Below the pieces are notes generated by a model that saw only the letters and a list, made by a program, of their open reading frames with translations, was not told where the DNA came from and ran no database searches. From a virus: a stretch of 41,634 bases of DNA. A program made the position numbers and the translations under genes. Numbering within the stretch: position 1 is the stretch's first letter; each line of letters begins with the position of its first letter. This document shows, piece after piece, positions 39,949-41,634 of the stretch. The stretch lies in IMG/VR virus record IMGVR_UViG_3300009285_000027, one strand, 5' to 3'.

Positions 39949-40259
39949 TTTCCATGCTCCTGAGAACCTCCCCGCCGTTTTCACCTGCGCTTCCGTGCAT
40001 AGCTACTCAGGTTACTCACGGCGGGGCGTCCCCGCCGCCGTCAGTCCGCTTCATCAAGTTGGCGAACACCCTTAGGACTGCCATTTATTCGCCGGCTGGC
40101 TATGTGCCGTCACGCGCGGCGGGGAGGGGGATAACGGGCGGGAGGATCAACCTCCGTTTGCGTGTGTCGGATGGGCAGATAGCCTCACACTTGGATTCTC
40201 TGTCTGCTTGGACGCTAGTACGCGTCTAGCGCCGCCGCCCGTATCTTTATGGTAGGTAC

Positions 40260-40347
40260 AAAAAACTCACCTGCTTTGGTCTGCCTGCGCCTGTGGCTGA
40301 CTCCCGGAATGGTATAGGAGGGCGACAGGCAGACCAAAAAAGGTGAG
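40260..40347 (-). terminator. Long-hairpin intrinsic terminator ending the immediate-early leftward transcript
   Basis: Stems ctcacc/ggtgag, tttggtctgcctg/caggcagaccaaa (13 bp), cgcc/ggcg and ctcc/ggag. On the minus strand the hairpin is followed by UUUUUU (plus-strand a-run 40260-40265). Confidence 0.75.
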
Positions 40348-40395
40348 CCTTACCATTCCACTTGCTATTATGCGCCAGCCACTGCGCTTACGTTC
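40260..40395 (-). ncRNA. Candidate ~135-nt structured RNA (promoter to terminator), or an antitermination-controlled leader
   Basis: Bounded by the promoter at 40402-40430 and the terminator at 40260-40347. A 9-nt segment GGAAUGGUA just 5' of the hairpin is complementary to the apical loop UACCAUUCC. Confidence 0.45.
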
Positions 40396-40401
40396 TATAA
40401 C

Positions 40402-40430
40402 ATCATAAGGGTTTCCGCGGCGAAAGTCAA
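40402..40430 (-). promoter_or_regulatory. Near-consensus sigma70 promoter
   Basis: The minus strand has TTGACT (40430-40425), a 17-nt spacer and TATGAT (40407-40402). Confidence 0.55.
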
Positions 40431-40462
40431 GTACCAATTTCCGCGCCATCTGTACTCACACG

Positions 40463-40714
40463 TCAGACGCGCGGCAGGTGGCACTTGTTGCATTCCACTG
40501 TCCCGTCCCGTTTGATGGTGGCGGCATAATAGGTTTTGTCGCACTCACAAAACTTAGGAGGCTCTTCCTGGGCGCGGCGATCCACATCCGCCTGCATTCG
40601 GTCGCGGAAAGCCTGTACCTGTTCGCGCGGCATGATGTATGCATAGGGGCCAAACGTTAGCGATAGTGATCTGCGCCAATTTTCAACCTGCTGGTCTGAC
40701 AATTTGTCTTTCAT
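40463..40714 (-). CDS. Hypothetical protein with C-terminal Cys cluster
   Basis: 83 aa with AAAGGAAAC RBS. Contains CEC...CNKC. Confidence 0.6.
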   Translation of the reverse strand: MKDKLSDQQVENWRRSLSLTFGPYAYIMPREQVQAFRDRMQADVDRRAQEEPPKFCECDKTYYAATIKRDGTVECNKCHLPRV

Positions 40715-40734
40715 CTCAGTTTCCTTTCTCGCGC

Positions 40735-40953
40735 TCAGGCTGCGTGGACCGCGCCTGTATCCATGTCCATCAAAAATAGGGTGCGAGCCTCGGCCAGCGC
40801 CTCCCAGTGTTTTCCGGCGTCACAGTCAGCCACCAGTTGCGCGCGGGGGCGGCTGATGAATTCGTTTACCGTCCCGTTTTCCAGTGCGGCTAAAATGATC
40901 CTTGTGTCGTTGGTGACGATGCTGCCAATTCGGGCGGCTACAATTTCGTCCAT
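40735..40953 (-). CDS. Hypothetical small protein
   Basis: ORF 40735..40974. The ATG at 40953 follows GAGGAAGAGAAG. Confidence 0.55.
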   Translation of the reverse strand: MDEIVAARIGSIVTNDTRIILAALENGTVNEFISRPRAQLVADCDAGKHWEALAEARTLFLMDMDTGAVHAA

Positions 40954-40955
40954 AT

Positions 40956-41225
40956 TCACTTCTCTTCCTCGCACTCACGCAGTGCGGCATACAATCTGTG
41001 GAGAGCGTGCGCCATGCCGATGTTTGGCATTTTCTCCTGGTCGGCAGACTCAACATCCCGCGCGGCCCGTTCCAGCCGTTCATAGGCGGCGAGCTTCACT
41101 TGCAGTCCGTGGACATAATCCACGGCGCGGGAGGTCTCGCTGCACTCTTTGCAGATGACGTATGGATAAGACGCCGTCTGCGGGCGTTGGCAGACCATGC
41201 AAGTGGTTTCGTAGTATTGGCTCAT
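40956..41225 (-). CDS. Hypothetical zinc-binding small protein
   Basis: 89 aa with CMVC...CKEC and ATGA overlap. Confidence 0.6.
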   Translation of the reverse strand: MSQYYETTCMVCQRPQTASYPYVICKECSETSRAVDYVHGLQVKLAAYERLERAARDVESADQEKMPNIGMAHALHRLYAALRECEEEK

Positions 41226-41437
41226 GTTTCCTCAAACAATCTGGCGCGCCGCTTCTCCAGCAGCGCGGCTTTGTGGCTCCATGTGCGGGCCAGTTCGCGC
41301 GCTTCGGCGCGTTGGGTGGGTGTCAATTCGTGGTTCACCGCGCGCTGCATGTACTCGCGGTGTAGACGGACCGCTTCGTTGAGTTGCTCGATCACGGCCT
41401 CGGTTGCCTGTTCGTGGGGTGAGATGTAGTCGGCCAT
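41222..41437 (-). CDS. Hypothetical helical small protein
   Basis: ORF 41222..41452 has a TTG start. The ATG at 41437 is preferred. Confidence 0.55.
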   Translation of the reverse strand: MADYISPHEQATEAVIEQLNEAVRLHREYMQRAVNHELTPTQRAEARELARTWSHKAALLEKRRARLFEET

Positions 41438-41456
41438 TACACAACGCGCCAATCTT

Positions 41457-41540
41457 TCAACTGGCCGAGCGGTTTTTGTTCATCGTTAGCGAGCCGCTCG
41501 ATCTCGGCTTGCAGTTCGGCTTCTCGATTTCGACTTTCAT
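41457..41540 (-). CDS. Possible 27-aa ORF with a strong RBS (frame problem, see findings)
   Basis: GAGAGGAACC upstream of the ATG (rc of 41538-41540). The neighbouring frame looks more protein-like but lacks a start codon. Confidence 0.25.
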   Translation of the reverse strand: MKVEIEKPNCKPRSSGSLTMNKNRSAS

Positions 41541-41557
41541 GGTTCCTCTCGTTTCTG

Positions 41558-41634
41558 TGCCCCCGGCCCGTGCGAGCCGGGGGCGGTAACGCAAGTTCAG
41601 GCGCTAACGGACGTGCGCAACATTTTTGTAATTG
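41558..41634. repeat. Second copy of the 77-bp contig-end redundancy
   Basis: Identical to 1-77. Confidence 0.95.

Noticed and set aside
29372-40151. Long-range core/R'' matches (core GTTGGGC of site B with R'' of site D; GTTGATC at 40145 with R'' of site F) read as evidence for multi-kb composite cassettes.
   Set aside because: Any given 7-mer is expected several times by chance in 83 kb of two-strand sequence, and the implied 4-10 kb cassettes would contain core phage replication genes. These matches are recorded only as a curiosity under the half-site finding.
40267-40449. 60-aa minus-strand ORF in the non-coding region.
   Set aside because: Its ATG lies upstream of the -35 box, its body contains the promoter, and its 3' half is the terminator hairpin itself. 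The RBS is weak. It is better explained as a regulatory or ncRNA region.
1-41634. Search by eye for tRNA genes, CRISPR repeats, a reverse transcriptase/DGR template-variable repeat pair, toxin-antitoxin pairs and lysogeny genes (integrase, excisionase, ParAB).
   Set aside because: No cloverleaf-compatible sequence with a GTTCRA T-loop was found in the intergenic regions. No regularly spaced repeats were found beyond those reported. No ORF has RT (YxDD) or recombinase motifs. Absence is provisional without tRNAscan or HMM searches.

Overview
The window is a complete, circularly closed genome of a siphovirus-like tailed phage (Caudoviricetes, HK97-fold capsid lineage). Bases 1-77 are identical to 41558-41634, leaving 41,557 unique bp. 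A divergent control region lies at 2377-2551. The 26.6-kb rightward arm (2552-29171) encodes terminase, portal, head morphogenesis, a prohead-protease/major-capsid fusion, connectors, two tail-tube paralogs, a G/GT-type frameshifted chaperone, tape measure, tail tip/fibre proteins, a lysis cassette and a few accessory genes. The 14.7-kb leftward arm runs 2376->47, wraps across the contig junction and continues 41540->29268. It encodes many small early proteins, an O-like replication initiator with internal iterons, a helicase-loader-like protein, an HTH regulator, a Cas4-like PD-(D/E)XK nuclease, a NinG/Rap-like nuclease and two cytosine-C5 DNA methyltransferases. The arms converge on a bidirectional terminator with a perfect 14-bp stem (29200-29237). 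I saw no tRNA, rRNA, CRISPR array, integrase, reverse transcriptase or DNA polymerase. Main finding: the distal leftward arm is punctuated by six elements (70-195 bp), plus several half-sites, with the defining architecture of integron attC sites. Each has RYYYAAC and GTTRRRY inverse ends, conserved inner boxes and a variable centre, and each follows one ORF in the same orientation. For three cassettes the core at the 5' boundary is the perfect complement of that cassette's own R'' box, which is the footprint of G|TT integron-integrase crossover. Both methyltransferase genes and four mini-ORFs therefore look like integron gene cassettes in a phage genome that has no intI. Other points of interest: a promoter / 135-nt structured RNA / terminator module upstream of the replication genes; a sequence-related terminator immediately upstream of the capsid gene; three promoters placed for leaderless mRNAs; two putative glycosyltransferases inside the head module; and recent in-frame tandem duplications. 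All functional calls come from reading motifs by eye. No database search was run.
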